Positions 11,046 to 24,115 of a stretch of DNA of 63,598 nucleotides are shown here, in pieces (positions within the stretch are counted from its first letter, which is position 1; the number at the start of each line of letters is the position of its first letter). The notes beneath the pieces were generated by a model. It was not told the DNA's origin. It saw nothing but the letters and a program-made list of their open reading frames with translations, and ran no database searches. Position numbers and translations under genes: made by a program. The DNA lies in the NCBI RefSeq assembly GCF_001194135.2, contig NC_068981.1, positions 150,786,212 through 150,849,809 of the forward strand. Reading direction: 5' to 3'. This stretch comes from Octopus bimaculoides. Taxonomy: Eukaryota.

Positions 11046-12489
11046 TTCTTGTCAGTAGTAAAAGCTTGGTGGTTGGTGTAGATCAATGAAGAGATCTTTA
11101 CCTTTCAGTTAAAAGGCCTTTTTTTGAATGTAGTCTAAGATGCTTTTGTGTGTAACAACAATACTACCGGGTCTTCTCCTTTACACCTTCCTTATACCTG
11201 TAACCATAAAGTAACCCTTCAAACACTTTGATGATGTCCCTGCCTTTAAACATTTCAATTTTCTTCTCATGACACACAAGGTTACTTCACCATTAACATG
11301 ATCATCAACATTATCATCTATTTAATATATCTATCTTCCATGTTAGCTTAGGTTATACAGTTCTGACAGAATCCAGTGAATAAAATGACTGTGATGAGCT
11401 GCAGTGCCTGTTTTAGTATGGTTTCTATGGTTGGATGCTCTTCCTGACACTGGTTTATTTTGTAAAATCTAGCAATATCTCATACTAGAGGTGTCATTGA
11501 TAAGATATGTTCTATCCAGATTATCCTAACTTTAGTCCAATAAATTCCTCCAAACACACACAAAAAGAAAACTCCTTACAAACTAGTGACAAAGTTTTTA
11601 TGAGGCTGTTTAACTTGCTAGAAATCATAGCCAAAATTCCTTAATACTAAAACCTACTATCTTAAAAATTAACACATTGGATAATAAAAATGTAGTTCAA
11701 GAGAGACTGTCTAAGAGAAAATGAGATGAACAAAGCTGGAACATCAACTCAATCTAAGCTGGCCTGGAGTTAAACAAGATCATAGTCCTAACTTTTGTTT
11801 TAGTCTCAACTGTGAAGCCTGTTAAGTTTCATCAATTATACATATAACAAGATTTCTGCAGTTTCAACTAATAGGTTTTGAATCTAGTGGAAGACACTTG
11901 CCTAAGGTGTTGTTTGTTGGTTGGAAAAGGAGGGTTAAATTAATGAGTCTAACACTCATAGAAGATTGTTTTTCTGTACTGTAAGAAAAAAAATAAGCAA
12001 GAAAATATGACTGCCATACTTAACACAGATTTTACTATGTAGATGTAAACAAGTTGTAAATAATCAGAAAATAGCTGTCATTGCAAATACAGTAGGAGGG
12101 AGAACTGACAATTATGATGAATCAGGGAAATAAAAACCATTCTATTAAAGAAGTAGTAGTAATGGTAGGAGCATGAAATATAAAGTGAGATGCACTGAAA
12201 TACTAAATAATTTATCAGGACAGTTGATTATAAAATGTAACATATTTCTTAATAGAATCTTTTTTTAAATTAGTACAAAACGAAAATTCTAAGAATTTGA
12301 GTTATTTGAATTTGTGAGTCATTTAAAGATTTTCTGATCATTTAATGACTATAACAAAAGATCAAGGCACTCAGCCATGTGATTGAGTAATTAGTTTGTA
12401 GCTGGTTGTAAGTTAATAGAGATGTGTGTATGTGTGTTGAAGTCAGCTGACAGGGAGGGACGCAAATGTAAAAGAATATACGTGGGATA

Positions 12490-12720
12490 TATTGGTTTCA
12501 AATTTTGGCACAAAGCCAGCAAGTTCATAGGAGGTGTTTGGCTGATTACACAGACCCCAGTGTTCAACTGGTACTAATTTTATCAAACCCCCCCCCCCCA
12601 CAAAAAGGTAAAAGGCAAAGTCAACCTTGGCAGAATTTGAACTCAGAATGTGAAGATGGATGAAATGCAGCTAAGCATTTTCCTCCAGTGTGCTAAAGAT
12701 TCTGCCAGTTTGCCACCTAC
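12490..12720 (-). mobile_element. OK-type tRNA SINE with Nin/Deu-like central domain
   Basis: Reverse of GGCAGAAT..TTAGC..AAATGCTTAG..GAGTTCAAATTC..AGGTTGACTTTGCCTTT. Confidence 0.75.
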
Positions 12721-15700
12721 AAATGTGAGATATAATGAAATAGTATTTAACAAAAATATTGGTTCCAGAATCTTACAACCTTTTTTTTTTTTTTTTTTTT
12801 TTTTATAGGGAAGTTTTTAAATTGGAATAAAATTTTAGAAATAAAAGTAGAAATACTTAAACTCTAACATATGCTACAGTAAGGATTTTCAAGTTTCCAA
12901 CTTGTTAATTTTGTAGAGAACATGTTGTGTAGTGTTAATTTACTGAAAGAAATTATTTGTATGATATGTACTTTAAGAGTTTTGTGCTTACGTTGAAATT
13001 ATTAAGCAGAATGTGTGCTATGCCTACTAAAGTTCTTTTAAACTGTGTGAGAGAGAGAGTGGGGGGAGAAAGGGTAGGAAGATATCTAGTAGAGTTTAGA
13101 ATTTTGCTCATCATACTAATACTACTGTTCCCACCCATACCAACATGGAAGGCGGACATTAAATGATGATCATCATCATCATCATCCTCCTCCTCTTCCT
13201 CTTCCTCATCCTTCTTACTCTCATGCTTAACATCTTACTTCTATTTCTTGAATTTTTATAGCTCTTTGACTTTCTTCAGAGAAATGCTTGCAAGGATCAA
13301 AATATCTATCAGAGATCATATAATCCTTTGTCTTTGATTACCATGTATAAGCAGTTTGCTTCCATTTCTCTGTCAATCTACAAGAGTATATTCCACAATA
13401 GCGGTGGGTAATCTTTCTTTTTTTTTTTTTTTTGTTAGATTGTAGCTATAATTGCAGTTATAATTTTAACTGATTAATAATTATTATTATGATAGCCTAC
13501 ACTTAGCTATAAGATTACATATTGAACAAACAGCTATAACTGATAGTTTTTAGAAGAAAGCTCTAGTAGCTTCTGTGTGATCTGTATTATATGCTGGCTG
13601 CAGCAGCACTGAAAAAATAAACTACTCTGAATTTTGACACTTCATCTTCACAGCAGAAAACATCATCAATATATCAATAAAAATGATAAAATTTTATTTT
13701 TAAAGATCTACTCAGACAACAAAGAAATGAGTTTAAAATAGAATTAGTGATTTCTAATTTAATTTTTCTGTAGCAAAATTATGCTAATAAGGCAGAAGTA
13801 ACTGAAGCTGTTCAGAGCTAATTTAAGAATATTACCACAGCAAGTCTGCTGCTAAGATAAAAGAAAATGAAATCATTTTAGTGAAACGTTAGTCAGTTAT
13901 CTTGATTGTTAACATGACACCTGAGAAATATTCTGATGCAATATTCATGGTTCCAGTCTCAAGAATTTTTGTTGCTGTTTAGGTTGAAAGCAGCTTTGAA
14001 ACATTAGTGAATCTTAGCTAGTAATAAACTGTATCTCAATATAATAACCAGACTCTTGACATGCAACAACAGGTGTATTCAATTTGGGTTTGAAAGATCA
14101 TTCTCAGTCTTAACCATTAATGAAAAGAGCATCCAGTGTTTTATTCAGTCTAATAAATTTTTTTTTTAAATGTCAGAGGAAACTTGTAGTGGCCTATGCT
14201 AGTAACAATGACACAAGGAAATTCATCAATTTGGATGAATTCATATACAGCAGGGGAAAAGAGAAATCTGGTAATTCAGGATAAATTCTCTGTTTGAGAA
14301 AGCAACAAAACAAATATTTTTGGCTATTTTCCTTTGTAAGGCAGGAATTAGCTTTGTAGGACCTATAACAGTCTTCCTCATTTTGTATTGTACTCACTAG
14401 AATAGTTAGTGTGTGCCACCCAGGGCAGCCCTTCTGTTTGTTGCCCCAAGACCCCACAAAAAAACATTACCTACAGCAGACCAAAAAGTGCCGCCTGGGG
14501 CGGACTGCCCCTACCCCAGCTATGCAAGTGATTGTACTCATCATGATTTCCTTTCTGAAGCAGTATTTTATGGTTAAATTCTTTTCCTGTGGGCTATCCT
14601 TTTAGCTGCCTTTTATTCATGCATGGAAATGGTATATTTTTCCTAAAAGTAGGACATATACAGTTTGAGATAGAACAAAATGTTTTATTTCTGGTATATG
14701 CAACTGAAGTGGTATTACATTAAAATAGCCATCTCTGTGTCATACTTAATGTAAAAAAAAAAAAAATCACTGCTGACAGGAAAGTTACTGCAGTTTTCAT
14801 CTGAGATAAACTGTTTCATTAACATACACCAGATTATTTATTCAGCTCAGCAGCTGTTCACAATACCAGTGAATGCTTTATTCACTGTTTCCTAAATCAG
14901 ATGTGACAAATCTCATCTAGGCATGTAGCTGGCAGTCACTACACATCACTGAAAAGACCTAACAAGGCTGAAATGTATCTTGTATTCTCACTGGACACTG
15001 CTGAGAAGAATTTTCATCTCCCTCTAATATGTACTGAGTTTTTAATACAGTATCTCCATAAGAAATATTATCTCAGACAAAAACTGCATTAATGTGCCTG
15101 TCAGCAGGGCATATGCATTAAATAGGATACATAGATGGTTATTTTATTCTCTGTGATTGTGTACCTAGGACCACATAATCCAGTGTGTCCAACAATTTGA
15201 GACAGTGGGGTATGACTTTAAGCAGGGTTTAGCAGTTATTTTTCAGCAGATTGAGGCTTCCAAAAGAGGTAGCATTTCACATTGGAATAAATATTACACA
15301 TAACCTAGAGACAATCAATAACGAATCAAAATAAAGAATGTAAAAGATGCCAAAACCAAAGAAAAATTGCAAGGAAATGAGACAGAAACCAAAAGAGGAA
15401 AAGAAATATATATATATATATATATATATATACATGCACACATACACACACGCACACATCTAGACGGAAAATTCAATAAAAATAAAACAAAAAATATATA
15501 GATGAGAAAAAAAAAATTAATTAAATAAAAGCAATAATGAATGAAGCTTCGGATAATGTTTCTTTAATCAATCTATTTCGCAGTAGTTATTTTAGGTGTT
15601 CTCTGTCCAATATTGAAATCTCAAGTGATAGTAATTAATGCTCAGTAGAATAGAACCAAGATGCAGGAAGACTTTCCAAGAACAATAAGCATTCATGCAT

Positions 15701-16497
15701 GATCTGTATGTGAGTATTTTTTTATTTCTTTGTAAGAAAAAAAAAAGAGATGGTTGAAGAAATCACAATGTAGGTAGAATAGAACACAACTGTGTGAATG
15801 GATCTGAGCTAAACTTTGTATAAGGACATTATAAAGATGTGTTAAGTTTTACACCACCACCACATGCACAGAAAGGCATACATACATAAATAAATATATA
15901 CACACTAATACAAATAAAATATACACACATAGCAATGTTACAGTAATCAATGTAGTAGAGTAAGCAACAAGCTAAATGTGTAGAGAATGGGAGAAGGTAA
16001 TAATAGGTTGCTTTGTTTATAAACAATGTGAAATGTAGACTTCGTGTACACACAATGTACTAGCGAGTCATACATGAACCTTTCCTTTTTGTTATTGCTG
16101 TGTAGCATCTTAGGACAGAGGCTATTACAGTCTCAGGCTGACTAATAGTTTGCACAAGTGAAACTGGTAGGTGAAAAATGTGCAGAAGTTTGGGATAGCC
16201 TCATCATTTAAAGTCCACTTTTCCATGCCTGCATTGGCCAGATGGAATTTATTGACGCAGATCTTCTAGTCAGATACCCTACCTGTAGCCAACCCTCACC
16301 TGTTTCCAAGCAAGTTATTTTCCCATAGCTACACATGTCTTTGTTTTTTGGGGTTTTTTTGTTTCATGGAAGACTGAAAATGAACAGCCTTGCTTGTATG
16401 ACAATAATGCTCATTTACAACCATCAAGTGATGTCCAAACAAGAGTACACATAAACACACACACACATATATATATATACATATATATACATACATG

Positions 16498-16546
<49 letters not shown>

Positions 16547-17060
16547 AAGTCAGTAAATAGTGGGGTTGTGTTAACCGCACGTGAAATTCCAACCATTTCT
16601 TAACACACATACCCCTCAGTGACCTTATTTCTCTAGGAACAGACATAAACTTCCTGTTGAAAAAGAATTCATAACTCCAACTAAAAACATTTGTCTCCCC
16701 TTACACACACTTCCTGTTTTGACACCACACTTCCTGCTTAACACAAACTTTTAACCCTTTTTTTAAACCTAACACAACTCTCAATTCTCATGCATCCTTA
16801 TTTTTCCAACCATTATATACATGAATTACCATTGAACTTCAAAAGCTCAAAGACAATATAATGTATTGGTATATTTATTTTTTTATATATTATTTTCTTC
16901 ATTTTGTACTTCTTTGTAAAAAAAACATTTTCATTCTCCCTCTTCTTGAAAATTTGCTTCGCAATGAAAGCCGGTTAGAAATCTTTATTAAAATATGCTT
17001 CCAGTTTAGCATTCTGCCCTATTATTATTTTTCATTTTCCTATATATATATATATATATA

Positions 17061-17266
17061 TCTTTATTCTTTTACTTGTTTCAGTCATTTGACTGTGACC
17101 ATGCTGGAGCACCACCTTTACTTGAACAAATCAACCCCAGGATTTATTCTTTGTAAGCCTACTACTTATTCTATCAGTCTCTTTTGCCGAACTGCTACGT
17201 TACAGGGATGTAAACAACCAACATTGGTTGTCAAGCAATGGTGGGGGAACAAACACAGACACACAA

Positions 17267-17361
<95 letters not shown>

Positions 17362-17513
17362 ACAGGCCTTTTTCAGTTTCTGTCTACCAAATCCACTCAC
17401 AAGGCTTTGGTCAGCCCGAGATTATAGTAGAAGACACTTGCCCACGGTGTCACACAGTGGTACTGAACCTGGGACCATGTGGTTGGTAAGCAAGCTACAG
17501 TCATGCTTGCATC
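17061..17513 (-). mobile_element. well-preserved bipartite SINE with central (CA)n(TA)n
   Basis: Both halves are close to the copy at 30381-30879; microsatellite about 17265-17360. Confidence 0.9.
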
Positions 17514-17729
17514 TATATACATATAGTATAATCAAAAGGGTTAAAGGTCCTTCCCAAGATGTAGGCTCATAAGGCTGGTTTCCCAGATTCTGTAGAGTAT
17601 ATATTCCCACACACACACACACACACCTTGACAGGATGCCAATCCATTACAGAATAATTCATTTTTGCCATTTGAGTGGAGTAGGGCAATGTGAAATACA
17701 TTGTTTTGCTCAAGAATACAATACAGTCG

Positions 17730-18410
17730 ATTATAATGGCTCTTTTGCTTGTGTTGGCCTTTCTTGACTCTTTGTGTTGGTCATTGAACTGTGGTCATAC
17801 TCAAGCTCTGCCTCAAGGGCTTTAGTTGATTATAATAGCTCCAATTCTACTTATAAAGTCCGGCACTTAGTGATTTCTGTTTGTTGAACCACTGAATTAC
17901 AGGATGTAAACAAAAACACCATCTTTTCAAATTGTGTGAATTTATATCTTGTGCCCAGCATCGCCTTCCTGGCACTTGTGCCGGTGGCATATGTAAAGAC
18001 ATTTGAGCGAGATCATTGCCAGTGCCGCTGGACTGGCTCCTGTGCAGGTGGCACGTAAAATACACCATTTTGAGCATGGCCATTGCCAGTACCACCTGAC
18101 TGGCCTTCATGCCGGTGGCACGTAAAAGCACCCACTACACTCTCGGAGTGGTTGGCGTTAGGAAGGGCATCCAGCTGTAGAAACTCTGCCAGATCAGATT
18201 GGAGCCTGGTGCAGCAACCTGGTTCACCAGTCCTCAGTCAAATCGTCCAACCCATGCTAGCATGGAAAGCGGACGTTAAACGATGATGATGATGATGATA
18301 TGCTTAGGCACAGCTATAGCAGAACACACATGCCCCAAATCCTGCGCAGCAGAAGTGAATTTGAAACTACAAAGAGTTGGTAAGCAAACTTTCTCGCTAC
18401 AGAGTCGTGT
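17730..18410 (-). mobile_element. degenerate bipartite SINE interrupted by an RTE-type 3' end
   Basis: SINE 3' half about 17730-17935, head half about 18300-18410. Confidence 0.6.
17945..18299 (+). mobile_element. young RTE-type LINE 3' end with (GAT)n tail
   Basis: GGTTGGCGTTAGGAAGGGCATCCAGCTGTAGAAA...GCATGGAAAGCGGACGTTAAAC(GAT)n; nearly identical to 35763-36038, 50523-50818 and 61352-61633. Confidence 0.85.
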
Positions 18411-19143
18411 TGTGCACCAAACTCAAAAGAATAAAATGATTATAAAACCTTCAGGACATTAACCATTCCACAACAAAACCTCCTACACAAATACACAGCC
18501 ATTATATTTTTTAATTAATTTTGAATATAATCAAGAATTTGGAAGAATTTACTAAAATAACTAAATTTTCATTATTAAGTTAGTGTTGGGAATGTAGTTA
18601 AATAAAAGGATTTTATTCAAAATTATGGAGAGTTGTTTTCATTATTTAAATATGAACAATTTAAAACTGAGTCTTTCTTTCATGGAACAAAAAGAAGGGT
18701 TCAGGCTAGCTAGTATTAAAAGAGTTAATTAAAGCCCTTTTTCATATGCATGTGATAGGGCACTAAAGCTTTCCGTTGAAAAGCTGTACTTACGATCATT
18801 AAACAAAGTAGTAAACAAATAGTTTAACTTTCAATATAACACTGATAGACATTTAAGGTTTACTGTTGTACAAGGATTTATAATCACCCTCAATACATAC
18901 ACATCTACACACACAAACTTGTTTGAAAATCTGGCAGATGTCAGAACAAGTGCCTTTGCTTTTGACCTCTGAAGTTCAAATCCTGTCAAGGTCAACTTTG
19001 CCTTTCATCTCTTCAGGCTTGATATAAAATATAGTACTAGTCAAGTACTGAGGTCAATGGTAAGGACCACCCCCCTCCCCTCAAAATTGCTGGCCTTGTG
19101 CCTAAATCAGACACACTATCATTATTATCATTATTATTATTTA

Positions 19144-19385
19144 AGGTGGCAAGCTGGCAGAATCATTAGCATGCCGAGTGAAATGCTTAGCGGTATTTCT
19201 TCTGTCTTTATGTTCTGAGTTCAAATTCCACTGAGGTCAATTTTGCCTTTCATCCTATCGGGGGTTGATAAATGAAATATCAGTTGCACACTGAGGCTGA
19301 TCTAATCAACTGGCCCCTTCCCTAAAAATTTCGGGCACTTGTGCCTAGAGTAGAAAAGCTTATTATTATTATTATTATTATTATT
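19144..19385 (+). mobile_element. OK-type SINE with (TTA)n tail, preceded by a partial copy at about 18930-19140
   Basis: GGTGGCAAGCTGGCAGAATCATTAGC head, B box GAGTTCAAATTCC, GAGGTCAATTTTGCCTTTCATCC domain. Confidence 0.85.
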
Positions 19386-22300
19386 AGTAGTAGTAGTAGT
19401 AGTAATAGTAGTAGTAGTAATATATGCAGTCTTAAATATGTAACAGCACAAGACATTAAATGGACAAAGCATTAAAAACTAAGTATGGAGTGAAATATTC
19501 ATAATTTGATAGTCTACAAATTAATTCTTTCGAAGTTTCTCCGATGGAGTATTTGAAATAGGAAATATAATACAAATAAGAGATTGGTGTTGATCAGTAT
19601 CAGCAAATGTTAACCCTTCCACATCCATATCTCCTTTGAATTGCACTAGATTTATGGCTTTGAATTTCAGTTTGATCAACCAGCTAGAAATAATAATCAA
19701 GTTCCCTAAAATCACATTGCCCTTACAGAAGAAGGACACTGAAGAATGTGATCCTAGAAATACAAAACGACAGGATGGTTACAGCTAGAAAGCCTTTCAC
19801 CACAGGTCGGCTTACTCAGTTAGAACCTGAAGCTAAACAGTAACAACATCAAGATAATATACAGCACGAGAACATTCAAGTACTGAGTACAAAGAATACA
19901 ATTTCATAATAAAGTGTCGCCAACATTTTTGATGTAGTTAGCCAATAAATTTTAGTTAATTAAAATTAACTTAGAGCAATAACAAAACAAAAATCAATAT
20001 CTTCATGATTGATTCTGTTCAAGGAAATTTCAGAATGTAAATTAATTAAAATTAATTAAATATAAATCTGAAAGAATCAAATATAGCCTTTAACATTAAG
20101 TTATAATTTTTACTTGTTGCCATCATTGTTGCTGTCATCATTGTTGTTCTTTCTGTAGTCATATAGCCCCCAGTTAGCCTTCAACAAATAGACCAATCGC
20201 CATGTAAGTAGATAGCTAAATGACTAAGTATGATCTACAAATCCACAGCTCTTGATATGCCACATCTGTGCTTAGTTGAGGATTTATACTGCACAGACTG
20301 ATATGCTATGCTTAATTGTAAGCAGTATAGGGTTGCAATTGGTGCATGGTGTACCATTGCACTGTCCATTATTTGTATGTTATTTAGCACCACATTAAAT
20401 TTGCTTATGCCAAGTCAGACCTATGATCAACATGCTCTATTTATGAGCAACCCATCTTATATCCTCAGACAATACATCAAAGTCTGCACTATTTAATGAG
20501 TCCTCCTTTTCTTAAGATGGCAAAGTAAGGTTTATAAGAAATATGATTTATCTCTAGCTGATCAAATAACCATGCTGAGTTGAGTGATAGAACCTTTTTT
20601 TGAAATGTAAATTTCAAGTGCCTAAAAACATGACTGTACTCTTGTTTTAATATAAATAATGAATGACATTTTACAAATTCATAGTTATACAATTTATTAA
20701 ATTACTGCTTTTATCTGAAAGCCTAAACAGTTTTTCTCTTATGAGCATTGTTTTCTTGAGATTTGATCAAGAAGTAGTTTCAAGTTTGGTAGTAAACAAA
20801 ATTTTTCCCAAATGCAGAGTATTTTTTATTGCTCAAACAGGAGATGAACAGCACCTATAACTCTGTACAAAACCACCAAGACTGGTGGCACAAATGAGAG
20901 ATAAGGCTTAAATGCTTACAACAGAGGATACTCCACAAAAAATTCCCAAAGTTTAGGTGGTAATATTAAGCCAAGCAACAAAGGAAGTGGGATTTGACTA
21001 CAGATTGCATAGAACCACAACAAACCTCATGACGGCATCCCATCCTATGATAAGGAGCTTTATGATGTTAGTCGCTCTAATGATTCTGCCAATGTACAAT
21101 CCTAAACAAATGCTTTATTTATCAACTCTGGAAGAAAGTATGATCTATAGATTCTAACATCAACTAGAATCAACTAGAATCCTCACCATTATAACTGATG
21201 TAGTGACAGTTATGAGACCCACAAAGCTAACCCTACTACATCACTAAGAAAAATTTCCTTATTACCATAAAATGTATGTTGTAGAATATTATGTCATATA
21301 TCCAAGACTGAATTATCTAACACACTCAACCATTATGAAAACTGAAAGAAGAGTTTGAAAGAAAACTGACTTCTATTTCTAGCAAGTTAAATGATAACCT
21401 AAGGGTTACTTTTGTTGGCTCATTATAATCCTTAGCCATTGTTATTTAGCCCTTGTTAGTTGTGACCAACAGACCTGTGATCAACAAAGTTCTACCTGTA
21501 ACCAGCCTATCTTGTCTTTTTCAAGCACTGTGCGACTAAGAACAGATGAACCTTAAAGTCCTTCTTTTTGAAGATGGTAGAATGTAATTTCAGTGTAATA
21601 GGCTATCATGATAGGCAACTATTTCAAGTAAGGTAAATGTCTGTTGAGGCTCTTGTATTGGCCCAGGAAAATCCTTAGTCAAAGCACCAAGTACAGGAGA
21701 TAAAGCTGTCACCCTCACTTTATCGTGAACAATTACATCTGAATGCAATTTGTACATTTAAGTGTTAGAATAATGAATTAAGGTGTTGAACTATTTCCTG
21801 AAAATCAGAACTTGTAAACTCATCAAACCCTAAAAAGCACAGAAAATACAGAATAACACATTTCAGGAATAGTTATAGAATCAAAAATTTGTAGTGCAAC
21901 CACATGCTCATTGCATTGCCTCTTGGGCAAGTGTCTTTTGCTTTAGCCTTGAGTTGATAAATAGCTTCCAAGTGAAATTTGATAGGCAGAAACTGTGTAG
22001 GTGCTGTATTTATAAGTAGTCATGTGCTTATTAAATATACATTTATAAGTACATGAGTGTGTGTCTGGAGATAGTTGCCTTTTATGCCAAACTAGCTTAA
22101 AAGACGCACTCCATGCAAACTTTTAGGCTAGCTCCTATGGAGGGCTAATTGGGGTTGCAGCCCAAAACTAAAGAGAGCAATAATAATAAAGCATTTGTTG
22201 GTACCCTACCAACATGGTATTATTTTAAAAATTCAATTTAAATGAAAAACTTGTAAGTTCACAAACTTTTGGAGTTCTTTTGAAATTTGAATTTTCAACT

Positions 22301-22474
22301 GTTAACAACAAATCCTCATCCAGACCTGATCCCAATGCTGGACATTCAAGAACCAAATGAAGGGCAGACTTTCAATTCTGGGATCATTTATGTAGAGCAA
22401 ATGTAGATTGAGATACTGGGGTCCTGGACAGATGGACAGACAGAATTTCATGTTAATTATTATAGATAGTTAAA

Positions 22475-22684
22475 GGCGGCGAGCTGGCAGAATCGTTAGC
22501 ACACTAGATGAAATGCTTATTGGTATTTCGTCTGCCACTATGTTCTGAGTTCAAATTCCGCCAAGGTCAACTTTGCCTTTCATCTTTTCAGGGTTGATAA
22601 ATTAAGTACCAGTTGCGTACTGAGGTTGATGTAATCGATTATCCCCCTCCCCCAATCTCAGGACTTGTGTCTATAGCAGAAAGG
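22475..22684 (+). mobile_element. OK-type SINE with 19-bp flanking duplication
   Basis: ATTATTATAGATAGTTAAA at 22456-22474 and 22685-22703; head GGCGGCGAGCTGGCAGAATCGTTAGC. Confidence 0.9.
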
Positions 22685-22709
22685 ATTATTATAGATAGTT
22701 AAAACTCAT

Positions 22710-22890
22710 ACCTATTCAATATTGGTTTCGAATTTTGGTACAAGGCCAGTAATTTTGGGAAAGGTGTCAAGTCAATTATACCAACCCCATTACTCAACTG
22801 GTACTTATTTAATCGACCCCAAAAGAATTAAAAGCAAAGTCGAAATTTTACTTCAGAATGTAGACAGATGAAATGTTGCTAAGCACTTCA
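22710..22890 (-). mobile_element. older OK-type SINE, inverted relative to 22475-22684
   Basis: Reverse of TCGACTTTGCTTTT..GGGGTCGATTAAATAAGTACCAGTTG. Confidence 0.7.
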
Positions 22891-23593
22891 AAATGGTGTC
22901 ACCCACTCATGGAATGGTGACAATCTAATAACTATATCTAGTAAAATATATGAAAAATAGTTAATAAATATAATATAGATAAATAAATAAATACGAATAC
23001 AACTAAATAAATGCATGTAAATGTTTCCATCACCACAAAAGTCACAAATTTGCAGGTGGGGAAGGTATAGACAAGCACTTATCCACATCTCCCAGCCGGA
23101 AGTACGCAAGGTAACGTCGACCAGGTTCATTGAATAAACAACACACACACACACACACTAAAATAAATATAGCTAAATAAATAATATATTTGTAAACTAC
23201 ATTTTATACATGTGTGTGTGTGTATCCATCCTATGGGCTACTATGCAGCTTCTATCTGCCCAATTTTATTTACAAGGTATGGACCAATCTGGTCCATAAC
23301 AATCTGGTCCAAAAAAAATAACATTTGCTCAAGTTGCCATGCACTGGGATTGAACCCAGAGAACTCGTACTTGCAAAGCAAATTTCCTAATCATTCAGCC
23401 ATACTACATATACTAAAACCCAAGAAGTACAACCTTTTTACACCTTCTGTCATGCTGAAACTACCTGAGAATTATATGAAGGGCACACATGTCTATGTAA
23501 TGCTCAGTTACTATCACCACATTACATACAAAGCTGGTTTATCAAATTACATATATAAATATACACATATATGTACAGTTATTTATGTACGTA

Positions 23594-23651
<58 letters not shown>

Positions 23652-23657
<6 letters not shown>

Positions 23658-23872
23658 TGGGTACTGAAAGGTTTCTAGCTTTAGGTAATGGAAAATATAG
23701 AAGGATCAGTTAATTATGATTTTATCCAGCATATTCCCCTCTCAGATTCACACACTTATTGCAGTGGTCCCTCAGTTTTTCTAAGCCCTGTAAAAGAACT
23801 CTGAAGGTTGGGCCTCCAGCCAGGCCTTTCATGATACCCTTAAACCCAGGAACTTTTCAGTACTCTTTCATA
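23652..23872. mobile_element. mariner-derived MITE retaining the transposase 3' end
   Basis: About 33-bp imperfect TIRs (GTACTGAAA.GTT.CT.G.TTT). The minus strand encodes GLEKLRDHCNKCVNLRGEYAG*, resembling the mariner C-terminus GI.KL..RW.KC....GEY.E. Confidence 0.75.
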
Positions 23873-24068
23873 CACACAAACGACAAACAGAAGGTGTACT
23901 CAATACATGTAGCAAAGTCTAAATATTCATAGGAAGAGGATGATTTACTCCATCCCCAGATAGAGTTTATCTCCAAGTCACAACACGATGAAGAAGCACA
24001 TATAATTAGAAAGTCAGAGTAACTGTTGAGCAACTCATTGGTCTTTTCCAATTAAATGATGTATATAA

Positions 24069-24115
<47 letters not shown>

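Noticed and set aside
14185-14530. Possible hAT MITE with CAGTGGCGTAGC-like ends
   Set aside because: Ends are too degenerate and no TSD was found.
16861-17572. 188-aa and overlapping IYIY/HTHT ORFs (also near 3898, 4921, 30513, 41893, 62934)
   Set aside because: Microsatellite and SINE read-through with no protein-like content.
19521-19739. Non-repetitive 72-aa ORF (similar cases 6381-6614 and 41633-41926)
   Set aside because: No recognisable domain or convincing splice-site pair; ORFs of this size arise by chance.
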